The notes below the pieces were generated by a model. The model made no database searches. It saw only the letters and a program-made list of their open reading frames with translations, and was not told where the DNA came from. The position numbers were made by a program, and so were the translations under genes. From Candidatus Pacearchaeota archaeon (GTDB lineage: Archaea > Nanobdellota > Nanobdellia > Pacearchaeales > UBA284), in NCBI GenBank assembly GCA_026395795.1, contig JAPLYB010000036.1:1-50600 (forward strand): a DNA stretch of 50,600 nucleotides, read 5' to 3'. Shown here in pieces: positions 8,670 through 17,594 of the stretch (position 1 is the stretch's first letter; each line of letters begins with the position of its first letter).

Positions 8670-9962
8670 ATGCAATACATCGATTACGTTAATCTAAACT
8701 ATAAACCTAAAAAATCAGATCTAATTTGTGAGTTCTATATTGAACCTGCAAAAAAAGAGAATCTTAAAAGAGCAGCAGGGGCAGTTGCATCTGAATCATC
8801 TGTAGGAACATGGACAGATGTTACAACAATGACAAAGCAGTCTAAAAGACTTGCTGCAAAAGTTTATCATATTGATTTTATAAATAAAATCGCAAAAATC
8901 GCTTACCCCAATGAATTATTTGAACCAGGCAACATGCCCCAAATTCTCTCAAGTATAGCCGGAAATATTTTTGGCATGAGGATTCTTAATAATCTCAAAT
9001 TATTAGATATACATTTTCCAGATTCTATCTTAAAATCTTTCAGAGGCCCGCATTTTGGAATTTTTGGCGTAAGAAAAAAATTAGGAATAATTGAAAGACC
9101 TTTTGTCGGAACAATCGTCAAGCCTAAAGTGGGGTTAAGTCCAAAGGAACAGGCACAAGTCGCTTTTAATGCATGGATTGGCGGATGTGTGGTTTGCAAA
9201 GACGATGAAAATCTTTCAAACATGAAATTTAATAGGTTCACAGATCGAGTTGACCAAGTTCTGAAAGCAAAAGAAAAAGCAGAAAAATTGACAGGAGAGA
9301 GAAAGATGTATATGCCGAACATAACAGCAGAAACAGTAGAGGTAATCAAAAGAATGAAATATGTAAAAGATGCCGGGGGTATTTGTGTTATGATAGATAT
9401 ACTAAGTCTCGGTTGGGGAGCAGTTCAAACAGTAAGGAATTATAATGAAGATTACAAACTGATTTTACACGCACATAGAGCAGGTCATGCAGCATTAACA
9501 AGAAACAATAAACATGGAATTTCTATGTTAACAATCGCAAAATGTGCAAGGTTAGTGGGAGTTGATCAGCTACACATTGGAACTGTTATTGGAAAGATGC
9601 ACGGAAAAGCAGAAGTTCCGATAATTGACCAAGAGATAGAAGAAAGTATGATTGTTCCAAAACCGGGCATGTCCCTAATAAAAGGGGGGCATGTTTTAGA
9701 ACAAAACTGGAATAATATTAAACCAGTTTTTGCTGTTTGTTCTGGAGGACTAAATCCCCTGCACGTCCCATATCTCGTTAATCATCTTGGAAGGAATATA
9801 ATAATCCAGATGGGTGGTGGAATTCATGCACATCCGGGGGGTACAATCGCTGGTGCAAAAGCAGCAAAACAAGCAGTTGACGCAACACTTTTAGGAATTT
9901 CATTAAAAGATTATGCAAGAAGTCACAAAGAATTAAAACAAGCTATTGAAAAGTGGGGTTAA
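8670..9962 (+). CDS. rbcL: RuBisCO large subunit, archaeal form III(-b-like)
   Basis: ESSVGTW, AGNIFG, GTIVKPKVGL, KDDE, HAHRA, HIGT..GK, SGGL, GGGIHAHP. Confidence 0.95.
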   Translation: MQYIDYVNLNYKPKKSDLICEFYIEPAKKENLKRAAGAVASESSVGTWTDVTTMTKQSKRLAAKVYHIDFINKIAKIAYPNELFEPGNMPQILSSIAGNIFGMRILNNLKLLDIHFPDSILKSFRGPHFGIFGVRKKLGIIERPFVGTIVKPKVGLSPKEQAQVAFNAWIGGCVVCKDDENLSNMKFNRFTDRVDQVLKAKEKAEKLTGERKMYMPNITAETVEVIKRMKYVKDAGGICVMIDILSLGWGAVQTVRNYNEDYKLILHAHRAGHAALTRNNKHGISMLTIAKCARLVGVDQLHIGTVIGKMHGKAEVPIIDQEIEESMIVPKPGMSLIKGGHVLEQNWNNIKPVFAVCSGGLNPLHVPYLVNHLGRNIIIQMGGGIHAHPGGTIAGAKAAKQAVDATLLGISLKDYARSHKELKQAIEKWG

Positions 9963-9967
9963 AAGGA

Positions 9968-12148
9968 TTAAACTCTTGTTTTTCTTAATAAATTTGCATT
10001 AGTTACAACAGTTACAGAACTTGCAGCCATTGCAATTTCAGCAATAACCGGATGTAATAATCCCGCTATTGCCACTGGAATTGCAATTATGTTATATGCA
10101 AAAGCCCAGAATAAATTCTGTTTTATTTTTCTGAATGTTGCTTTTGATAATTTTATAGCAGAAACAACACCTCTCAAATTTCCAGTAGCAAGAACAATAT
10201 CTCCTGATTCTATTGCAATATCTGTTCCAGTTCCGATAGCAATTCCAACATTTGCTTGTTTTAAAGCAGGTGCGTCGTTTATCCCATCTCCAACAAAAGC
10301 AACAATTCCCTGTTTTTGTAATTCTTCAATTTTTTTAGCTTTGTCTTCTGGAAGAACGTTAGCAATTACTTCTCTTATCCCAACTTGGTCTGCAATTGCT
10401 CTAGCTGTTCTTTCATTATCTCCAGTAATCATAATAACTCTGAACTTCATTTTTCTCAATTCAGAGACAGCTTTAAAAGAATCATCTTTAACAGTATCTG
10501 CAACCCCTACCATTCCTAAAATCTTTTTATTCTCAGTAACAATCATGGTAGTGTACGCCTTACTTTCAAATTTGTCGATGATTTCTTCAAATTCTTTTAA
10601 GAAGATTCCTTCTTCCTTCATTAAGATCGAGTTTCCAATAATAATCTTCTTTCCATTTATCTTTCCTTCAACACCCTTTCCTCTTATAATCTTAAATTCT
10701 TTAACAGATTTAAATTTATTTAATCCAGAATAATCAACAATGGCTTTAGCAACAGGATGTTCTGACAATCTCTCCAGACTCGCTACAATTTCAACCAAAT
10801 ACTTTTCATTTTTAGAGTAGACCTCTCTGACTTCTGGTTTGCCTTTTGTAATTGTTCCAGTTTTATCAAAAACAATGATTTTAACTTCTTTCATAGTCTG
10901 GATTGCCTCACCCTTTCTGATCAATATCCCTCTTCTCGCCCCCATTCCACTCCCAACCATCAATGCGGTTGGAGTTGCTAATCCTAAAGCACATGGACAA
11001 GCGATTACAAGAACAGATATGGCAACTTCTAAGGATCTACTTATTCCATTTGATAAAAGAAGCCAACCCAAAAAAGTCAATAAAGAGATAACTAAGATGA
11101 ATGGAACAAATATACTTGTTATTTTATCAGCTAATTTTTGTATCGGAATCTTGCTTCCCTGAGCTTCTTCAACTAATTTAATAATATGTGACAAAAAAGT
11201 ATCTTTTCCTATTTTTGTCGCTTTGACATATAATATTCCATCTTGATTTATTGTTGCTCCAATAACATTGCTTCCTTTAATTTTATCAACAGGCATGCTC
11301 TCCCCAGAAATCATCGATTCATCAACACTTGATTCTCCTTTTATGACAAGACCATCAGTAGGAATCTTTTCTCCTGGCTTGACTATCATAACATCTCCTA
11401 AAACTATTTCGTCAACATTAATCTCAATTTCTTTTCCTTGTTTCAAAATCACTGCTTTTTTAGCCTTAATCTCTAGTAGTTTCTTTATCTCTTGGCCAGC
11501 TCTCCCTCTAGCTCTGGATTCAACATACTTTCCAGTTAAAAAGAAAGCCATGATCATAGCAGATATCCCAGAATAATCTTGAATTGAAAAGAACAAACTA
11601 AAAATTCCAGTTAAAAAAGCGATAACAGTCCCGAGCATTATCAAAGAGTCCATATTAAAATAGAAACTAGTAAATCCCCTTGCTCCTGATTTGATAGTTT
11701 TCCATCCAAAAATAAAAATAACTGGAAAAGCGAGAGCAAGCAAAATGCAGGTCATTATTATATCGGAAAAAATCATTAAACCGAAAATTCTAGAGCTAAG
11801 CATGATGATTGCAGCCGGAATAGTGAATATCCATGCCCAAATCATCCTGGTTTTCCAAGATCTAGCCTCATCCGGTTCTATCTTCCCATGTTCATGTCCA
11901 GCTTTTTTATCTTTTTTTTTAGTTTCTCCTGCTGGAATAGCATTGTATCCTAATTTTTCAACAATCTTCAAAATCTCTAAGTCAGCAACATTTGACTCAA
12001 CATAAAGTTTCCCCGCAGCAAAATTAACAAAAGCACTATTAATGCCTTTGATTTTACTAACTGCATTTTCAATGTTCTTTGCACAGCTAGCACAATGCAT
12101 CCCCTGAACTGTAAATATTTTTTTCACCATTTCATTTATACCTTCCAT
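9968..12148 (-). CDS. copA: Cu(I)-translocating P1B-type ATPase (real start possibly 12130)
   Basis: [37 protein letters not shown]. Confidence 0.95.
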   Translation of the reverse strand: MEGINEMVKKIFTVQGMHCASCAKNIENAVSKIKGINSAFVNFAAGKLYVESNVADLEILKIVEKLGYNAIPAGETKKKDKKAGHEHGKIEPDEARSWKTRMIWAWIFTIPAAIIMLSSRIFGLMIFSDIIMTCILLALAFPVIFIFGWKTIKSGARGFTSFYFNMDSLIMLGTVIAFLTGIFSLFFSIQDYSGISAMIMAFFLTGKYVESRARGRAGQEIKKLLEIKAKKAVILKQGKEIEINVDEIVLGDVMIVKPGEKIPTDGLVIKGESSVDESMISGESMPVDKIKGSNVIGATINQDGILYVKATKIGKDTFLSHIIKLVEEAQGSKIPIQKLADKITSIFVPFILVISLLTFLGWLLLSNGISRSLEVAISVLVIACPCALGLATPTALMVGSGMGARRGILIRKGEAIQTMKEVKIIVFDKTGTITKGKPEVREVYSKNEKYLVEIVASLERLSEHPVAKAIVDYSGLNKFKSVKEFKIIRGKGVEGKINGKKIIIGNSILMKEEGIFLKEFEEIIDKFESKAYTTMIVTENKKILGMVGVADTVKDDSFKAVSELRKMKFRVIMITGDNERTARAIADQVGIREVIANVLPEDKAKKIEELQKQGIVAFVGDGINDAPALKQANVGIAIGTGTDIAIESGDIVLATGNLRGVVSAIKLSKATFRKIKQNLFWAFAYNIIAIPVAIAGLLHPVIAEIAMAASSVTVVTNANLLRKTRV

Positions 12149-12189
12149 TTAATTAAAAGATTATGTAAATTATCTAATTCACTCAATTT

Positions 12190-12342
12190 TTATAATTCTC
12201 TAATTTTTAGATGTTGCTTTTTACACTTTCTGCAACAAAAATCTTTTCCTTTGTCTTCTAAGGTCATGCCGCACATTTTACAACCCTTGCCCAATTCACT
12301 ATAGACCTTTTGATGACAGATAAAACAAGTCATATTTTTCAT
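12190..12342 (-). CDS. Cys-rich 50-aa metal-binding microprotein (TRASH/Zn-ribbon-like)
   Basis: manual translation MKNMTCFICHQKVYSELGKGCKMCGMTLEDKGKDFCCRKCKKQHLKIREL; GGAGG SD; directly upstream of copA. Confidence 0.75.
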   Translation of the reverse strand: MKNMTCFICHQKVYSELGKGCKMCGMTLEDKGKDFCCRKCKKQHLKIREL

Positions 12343-12537
12343 TTTTTAACCTCCTGATTTATTTTTCAAATTTTTTTCAAACAATTCTTTCCCATTAAAA
12401 ATAAAAAAATAAATTAAAAATTAAGTTTTTACACCACATCCACAACTTCCTCCAGAGCTTCCACAACCTCCGCTTGCGCCACAGCAGTCACCGGCATTTC
12501 CCGCAATTCCGGTATTGTTAGCTACCGCAGCCGTAGG

Positions 12538-13191
12538 CTATTCTTCTTCATTCACAACAGTTGCCTTATATTCTTTAAAGATATCCAAACCTAAGATTTC
12601 TTCTTTGTTTGTTTTGCTTGCATCATAGTACACCTTAAACGTTGAGCTTGGGATGTATTCAACGTTTGTAACTCCCTGCAGTTTCTTCAATTCACCAACT
12701 ATTAAAATCGCGTGCCCTTCACAAGGAATTGCAACTTTTATAGTGATTGCTTGCATTCCATCCAGATTAGTTGAGTTATTCACAACAGCTCCTGTCGCTC
12801 CTGCTAAAGTAGCTGAAGCAACTAACGGGAACACAACAAAATAAAGCAAAACACTTATTCCGATTGTACTTCCATACAAGATTGATAGGTATCCTTTGTG
12901 ATTTTTTGCTGTTTTTATTCCTCCTTGTTTTCTTAAGTAAAGAAAAGCTGAAAAACTAGCAAAAACCAAAGACAAGACAATCATCCCATAGAAGAAATAA
13001 CTCTTCATCAAAAGGGGCTTGAATATTGAAGCAGCTACAGTCAATCCTAGAACACTCGTTAAAACAAAAGCGATACATCCAGCATGGGGAATCAATCCAA
13101 AAAGTATTCCCTGCTTTATACCCTTTGCCTTATCATTGTTCTTAGGTTGACAACAGCTTGGAACTTCTTTTGTCTCTTTTATTTCATCCAT
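12538..13191 (-). CDS. membrane protein with C-terminal HMA-like domain (CxxH); frame continues past TAG to 12421
   Basis: three TM segments, N-term SCC, PHAGC, IPCEGHA...LKKLQGVTNV...KVYYDASKT. Confidence 0.8.
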   Translation of the reverse strand: MDEIKETKEVPSCCQPKNNDKAKGIKQGILFGLIPHAGCIAFVLTSVLGLTVAASIFKPLLMKSYFFYGMIVLSLVFASFSAFLYLRKQGGIKTAKNHKGYLSILYGSTIGISVLLYFVVFPLVASATLAGATGAVVNNSTNLDGMQAITIKVAIPCEGHAILIVGELKKLQGVTNVEYIPSSTFKVYYDASKTNKEEILGLDIFKEYKATVVNEEE

Positions 13192-13284
13192 TTTTTATTT
13201 TTTCATCAATTTATTTTATTTAATTTTGCTTTATGTTTCAAAAGCATAAAAGGCAAAGAAAGAAACTCCTTTTAAGTCATTGTT

Positions 13285-13298
13285 TGAAACTAGTTTCA
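13285..13298. promoter_or_regulatory. perfect palindrome TGAAACTAGTTTCA, candidate operator of the copper cluster
   Basis: 14-bp palindrome just upstream of a minus-strand TATA-like box (~13269-13276) preceding the HMA gene. Confidence 0.45.
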
Positions 13299-13432
13299 CA
13301 AGTTATTCGCTTCACTCATAGCTTATTAATATCTGATGCTTCCTTCTCCTCATTGGTTGTGTTGAACGAAACAACGTCGAACTTCATATTTATTTATCAA
13401 TGCAATTTTTAATATAATTTATATACAAAAAC

Positions 13433-13795
13433 CTACTGCACAATGATTGTCGCTTCCATAAAAGAAAAATAAGGGCAATGATAAGTATATGTTCCAGGCA
13501 TATTGAAAACATGGGAGAATGATGCCCCTGACAAAATCTCTTGAGAAGCTATCTCTGTTCCATTATCAGAAATGGCTGCGTGAGTTTTCTCTCCAACATT
13601 TACCCATGTAACAGTATCTCCTGTTTTTATGACAAGTTGATCTGGTTTAAATGCATAATCTCTTACTTCAATAGTAAATTCTGATCCTTGGGTATTGCCC
13701 AGAGGGCTGACCACACTTTTACAACCAACCCCACTAATCAAGATTAAGACGATCATAAACAACAACCCTATTAATAAAAGACCATTATTTTTCAT
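13433..13795 (-). CDS. cupredoxin/plastocyanin-like lipoprotein
   Basis: FKPDQLVIKTGDTVTWVN...H...GTYTYHC....M; lipobox-like GVGC. Confidence 0.85.
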   Translation of the reverse strand: MKNNGLLLIGLLFMIVLILISGVGCKSVVSPLGNTQGSEFTIEVRDYAFKPDQLVIKTGDTVTWVNVGEKTHAAISDNGTEIASQEILSGASFSHVFNMPGTYTYHCPYFSFMEATIIVQ

Positions 13796-13843
13796 TTTAT
13801 TTTATAATTTGCTTATTTTTTGTATTTATTTAATCTATTTAAT

Positions 13844-13897
13844 CATCGCAAAAAATAGCTGATTTTTTGGGATGCCAAAAATTTTAATTTTTGAGCA
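13844..13897. repeat. 54-nt double-hairpin dispersed repeat (overlaps stop codon of 13884..14384)
   Basis: CATCGCAAAAAAT/ATTTTTTGGGATG and TGCCAAAAATT/AATTTTTG-A-GCA. Confidence 0.7.
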
Positions 13898-14384
13898 GAA
13901 CTACATTAGTCATCCCCCTTCTTCTTCTCTCAATGAGCTGTCTTCCTTCTAATCTATCCAATATTCTTGTAACCTTCACCTTATCAAATCCAGTTTTATC
14001 AACAACGTCTGACTGAAAGATTATTCCTTGAGCATCAATAATTGATTGATAGATCTTCTTTTCATCCGCATCAAGCAATTTCAAGTTATTTTCTTTATCT
14101 TTTAGCTTCTGCTCATTAATTTCAGATTTTTCTTTGATTCTTTTCACAACAATTTGTTTCTCTTCTTTGCTGAATATTAATGTTATCCCGATAACAACAA
14201 TTATGGCAATCAAAGCGAGAGAGATATAAGTCTGTATTTGTATTGTACCATACATCGGACAAGTGGTTCCGTGACTGCATGAAGTATTCACAATTGTTGT
14301 TAATGCATTGTTAAACAAAAAAACAATTGCCCCTATCAAAAGGGCTATCCCAATTATCAATAGTCCAACATGTTTATTTTTCAT
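13884..14384 (-). CDS. two-TM membrane protein with CSHGTTC loop and C-terminal winged HTH (putative metal-responsive regulator)
   Basis: TM-CxHxxxC-TM; IFQSDVVDKTGFDKVKVTRILDRLEGRQLIERRRRGMTN. Confidence 0.8.
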   Translation of the reverse strand: MKNKHVGLLIIGIALLIGAIVFLFNNALTTIVNTSCSHGTTCPMYGTIQIQTYISLALIAIIVVIGITLIFSKEEKQIVVKRIKEKSEINEQKLKDKENNLKLLDADEKKIYQSIIDAQGIIFQSDVVDKTGFDKVKVTRILDRLEGRQLIERRRRGMTNVVLLKN

Positions 14385-14854
14385 TTTTCACATTTAAATT
14401 TATCATGAAAATTCTTTTCATGTTCTTGATTTCTTTTATGTTTTTCTTCAAGTTCTTTAGGAACTTTTTTTCCTTTTTTTATCATATAATCATAAATTGC
14501 CTCAGATAAAGCTTGTTCAGCTAATAAAGAACAATGAACCTTAATAGCAGGCAACCCTCCCAATTCTCGAACAACATCTTGGTTAGTTATTTTCAAAGCA
14601 TCTTGAATTGTTTTTCCTTTAGCTAAATCAATAACAACATCTGATGTTGCAACAGCAGCAGCACATCCAAGTGTTTGGAATTTTATTTGATAAATTGTAT
14701 CTTTTCCTTTAATTTCTTTAACTTTAATAAAAACATGCATGATATCACCACAGACTAAATTGCCAACTTTTCCAACTCCATCTGGATTTTTTATTTCTCC
14801 AACATTTTTTGGTTTTAAAAAATGTTGCATAACTTTCTTATTGTACTGTTCCAT
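14381..14854 (-). CDS. iscU: Fe-S cluster scaffold IscU/NifU-N
   Basis: HF..PKNVG, CGD, GC, KVHCS. Confidence 0.93.
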   Translation of the reverse strand: MEQYNKKVMQHFLKPKNVGEIKNPDGVGKVGNLVCGDIMHVFIKVKEIKGKDTIYQIKFQTLGCAAAVATSDVVIDLAKGKTIQDALKITNQDVVRELGGLPAIKVHCSLLAEQALSEAIYDYMIKKGKKVPKELEEKHKRNQEHEKNFHDKFKCEK

Positions 14855-14975
14855 ATTTTTATTTTATTTAATTTTAAGTTAAATTATCCTAAGTTTTTGT
14901 ACACTTTGGTTTCATCTTGTGCTTAGTTCTTGAACAATTTTTAAATTTAATTTTACCCCTAACTCTATCTTGCAT

Positions 14976-15608
14976 TTAATCAAACTTTTTAACTCGCTTG
15001 ATTATATTTTTAATAGCATAGTAACCGGCTCCAAAAATGATAACTCCTGGAATCAAAGCAACTCCCAAAGCAGGTGCTAGAGCCACTACTCCAATTGTTC
15101 CCACAACTCCCGCGCCTAAAGATTCTAAGATTGATGTAATTTTAGGGATATCTTTTTCAACATTTTTCTGTAGTCCATCAATTTGCATGATTAATTTTCC
15201 GTTCTTGAATATCTTGACCTTATGCTCTTCTTCAGAACATAAGATAGAAGTATTTCCCTTCATTGAAGCAGTAAATGCAGCAGCATGTCTTGTTCCATAT
15301 CCAACAAAAGGTCTCGTTTTTTTAACCATCGCCCCATAAGCCAAAACATTTCCTTTTCTATCAATGATCACACAACCGTCCATACTAGCTATGCTTTTCA
15401 AAAGTTTATCTGCTCCTAAATCAAATAAATTAAATTTTTCAATTCTTTGCTTAACCAAAAGAGTATAATCCACCCTATCTCCAATAATAAATAAAGCCCC
15501 TTCTCCTTTTCTTGCAAGAGCAACAGATATACTCAAGATTTTCTCTTCTATCTGCTTCATCTTTTTCTTTGAAGATATTTCTGTTGTTTTAACTTTATTA
15601 TTTTTCAT
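14976..15608 (-). CDS. diadenylate cyclase (DAC/DisA_N domain) with C-terminal hydrophobic segment
   Basis: EGALFIIGD, DGC (DGA motif), GTRHAAA (RHR motif), SEE. Confidence 0.82.
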   Translation of the reverse strand: MKNNKVKTTEISSKKKMKQIEEKILSISVALARKGEGALFIIGDRVDYTLLVKQRIEKFNLFDLGADKLLKSIASMDGCVIIDRKGNVLAYGAMVKKTRPFVGYGTRHAAAFTASMKGNTSILCSEEEHKVKIFKNGKLIMQIDGLQKNVEKDIPKITSILESLGAGVVGTIGVVALAPALGVALIPGVIIFGAGYYAIKNIIKRVKKFD

Positions 15609-15631
15609 TTTTCTACAATATTATTTAACTC

Positions 15632-15683
15632 CGCAAAAAACATCAGCTTTTTGGGGCGCCAACAGAAATAGCCCTGTTGAGCG
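15632..15683. repeat. double-hairpin dispersed repeat copy forming the 3' end of the DUF1858 gene
   Basis: CGCAAAAAAC-ATCAGCT-TTTTGGGG and CGCCAACAG/CTGTTG-A-GCG. Confidence 0.6.
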
Positions 15684-15897
15684 CTTTTATCAACTCTTTA
15701 ACATCAACCCCATGCACTTGCGCACCTTCTCTTATTGTTTCTTGTTGAGCAGCAGGACATCCCATCGCACAGAACATTTCATATTTCATGAAGACCCTAT
15801 TTGTTTCAGGAAATTTGGTGATAACATCATGAAAAGTCATCTTCTCAGTTATTTTTTGGTCTTTTTCAGATTTATCCATTTTTTTCTTTGGTTTCAT
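15643..15897 (-). CDS. DUF1858 / hybrid-cluster-associated redox disulfide domain protein
   Basis: ITEKMT..DVITKFPE...F..Y.MFCAMGCPAAQQETI..GA.VHG. Confidence 0.85.
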   Translation of the reverse strand: MKPKKKMDKSEKDQKITEKMTFHDVITKFPETNRVFMKYEMFCAMGCPAAQQETIREGAQVHGVDVKELIKALNRAISVGAPKS

Positions 15898-15916
15898 TAT
15901 TACCCTTCTTTTTAGT

Positions 15917-17101
15917 TTACCAGTTTTTTTTAAATGGGCTGATCTTCCTCAATGATCCAACTACATTCTTGATCTGTTCTGCAATATAATCAATATCTTC
16001 TTCTCTATTCTCTTTCCCAAAAGTTATTCTCAAACTTCCATGGGCTTGTTCTGGTTTTAGGCCTATTGCAGTCAAAACAGGACTTGGTTCAAGACTTTTT
16101 GAAGAACAAGCAGATCCTGTAGATACTGCAATTCCTTTCTCATCCAGCCTCAAGAGCAAAGCCTCTCCTTCAACCCCTTCAAAAGAGATGTTGATATTTA
16201 CATATATTCTTTGGTCTTTTGAACCATTTATCCTTGATCCCGGGATTTTTAATAACTCCTTTACCAGTTTGTCTTTCATCTTTCCGATCCTTTCTGCTTC
16301 AGATTTCATGTTCTTGCTTGCAAGTTCTGTCGCTTTTGCAAACCCGACAATCCCAGGGATGTTTTCAGTTCCAGATCTTAACCCAGTTTCATGCCCTCCA
16401 CCATGTGTTATAGGAACAATCTTAACATCTTGATGAACATAAAGAAAACCAATCCCCTTTGGACCGTAAATCTTATGGGCGGAAGCTGATAGAAGATCGA
16501 TATTCATTTTTTTTACATTGATTGAGATCTTTCCATAGCTCTGGACAGCATCTGTATGAAAATATACTTTATGCTTAGCGCATATCTTTCCAATCTCTTC
16601 GATTGGCTGGATTGTCCCTATTTCATTATTTACGTGCATAATCGTAACAAGAATCGTTTCTTTAGTAATCGCATTTTCAACATCTCTTGGATTGATAAGG
16701 CCTTCAGAGTTAACATCTAGCCATGTTATTTTCCAACCACGTTTCTCTAGATACTTGCAAGTTTCACGGACAGCAGGATGCTCTATCTTGCTCGTAATGA
16801 TATGATTTCTCTGATTCTTTGTCCCAAAAGCAGCATTCTCTGAAAATGCAACACCCATAATTGCGAGATTATCTGCTTCAGTTCCAACACCTGTAAAAAT
16901 AATTTCAGAAGGCCTTGCCCCTATGAAATCAGCAATTTGTTTTCTTGACTTTTCTAAAGCATCCCTTGATTCTCTTCCAAAACTATGCAAACTAGAAGGA
17001 TTTCCGAATTTTTCAGAGAAGTATGGTTCCATAGCCTCAATTACTTCTTCCGCAACAGGAGTTGTTGCTGAATGATCTAAATATATCCTTTTTGAAGACA
17101 T
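15917..17101 (-). CDS. iscS: cysteine desulfurase
   Basis: YLDHSATTP, GNPSS, IEHPAV, DAVQ, SAHKIYGPKG, STGSACSS. Confidence 0.95.
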   Translation of the reverse strand: MSSKRIYLDHSATTPVAEEVIEAMEPYFSEKFGNPSSLHSFGRESRDALEKSRKQIADFIGARPSEIIFTGVGTEADNLAIMGVAFSENAAFGTKNQRNHIITSKIEHPAVRETCKYLEKRGWKITWLDVNSEGLINPRDVENAITKETILVTIMHVNNEIGTIQPIEEIGKICAKHKVYFHTDAVQSYGKISINVKKMNIDLLSASAHKIYGPKGIGFLYVHQDVKIVPITHGGGHETGLRSGTENIPGIVGFAKATELASKNMKSEAERIGKMKDKLVKELLKIPGSRINGSKDQRIYVNINISFEGVEGEALLLRLDEKGIAVSTGSACSSKSLEPSPVLTAIGLKPEQAHGSLRITFGKENREEDIDYIAEQIKNVVGSLRKISPFKKNW

Positions 17102-17103
17102 TT

Positions 17104-17556
17104 TTATTCTTTACCTAGCAATCTATTTATTCTTGAGCTTGAATTTGACTTTGGCTCACCAACATCAAAAGCCATTTCAATGCCATATTTCCTACAAGTA
17201 GCTACTTCTGGGATATTGTCGATGGTCCTATCTCCACCTTTAGCAAACACAACATGGTCTCCTTTATTTTGTTTGACTATCATTTCCAAGGTTTCACATT
17301 GACCGAGATCAGAATCAATTGAAAGGATGACCTTATCAATATATTTTATCGCCCCAACAATTTTCATTCGTTCCCGCTCATTCATGATTATCTTTCCTTT
17401 TTTTAACATTTGCTGCCGATCATTATTAACGATGACCCAAACTTCGTCTCCTATTTTTTTAGCCGCAGCCATATAGTCTATATGCCCTCCATGCAAGGGG
17501 TTGAAATAACCAGAGATAACGATTATTCTTTTCGGTTGAGAATTTTGATATGCCAT
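17104..17556 (-). CDS. cytidylyltransferase-family nucleotidyltransferase (TagD/RibL/RfaE-like)
   Basis: SGYFNPLHGGH (HxGH), FAKGGDR, SSS. Confidence 0.85.
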   Translation of the reverse strand: MAYQNSQPKRIIVISGYFNPLHGGHIDYMAAAKKIGDEVWVIVNNDRQQMLKKGKIIMNERERMKIVGAIKYIDKVILSIDSDLGQCETLEMIVKQNKGDHVVFAKGGDRTIDNIPEVATCRKYGIEMAFDVGEPKSNSSSRINRLLGKE

Positions 17557-17594
17557 TTTCAGTTTATGTTTAATTTATCAAGCTTTTATTATAT

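Noticed and set aside
8670-9962. Autotrophic Calvin cycle or RuBisCO-like protein (form IV)
   Set aside because: No prk or rbcS nearby; catalytic residues and overall motifs fit form III
10089-12005. Long plus-strand ORFs opposite copA, and similar antisense ORFs opposite lysS, rbcL, iscS, thyX, glyA and sepF
   Set aside because: Shadow frames of well-supported genes with no motifs or initiation signals
12421-12540. Genome-wide TAG reassignment or pyrrolysine
   Set aside because: TAG ends conserved genes at their expected C-termini (histone, rpoL) and no pyl genes are in the window
13300-13430. Integron attC-like site (TTCGCTTCACTC hairpin, CGAACTTC)
   Set aside because: No matching RYYYAAC/GTTRRRY box pair, no cassette array and no integrase
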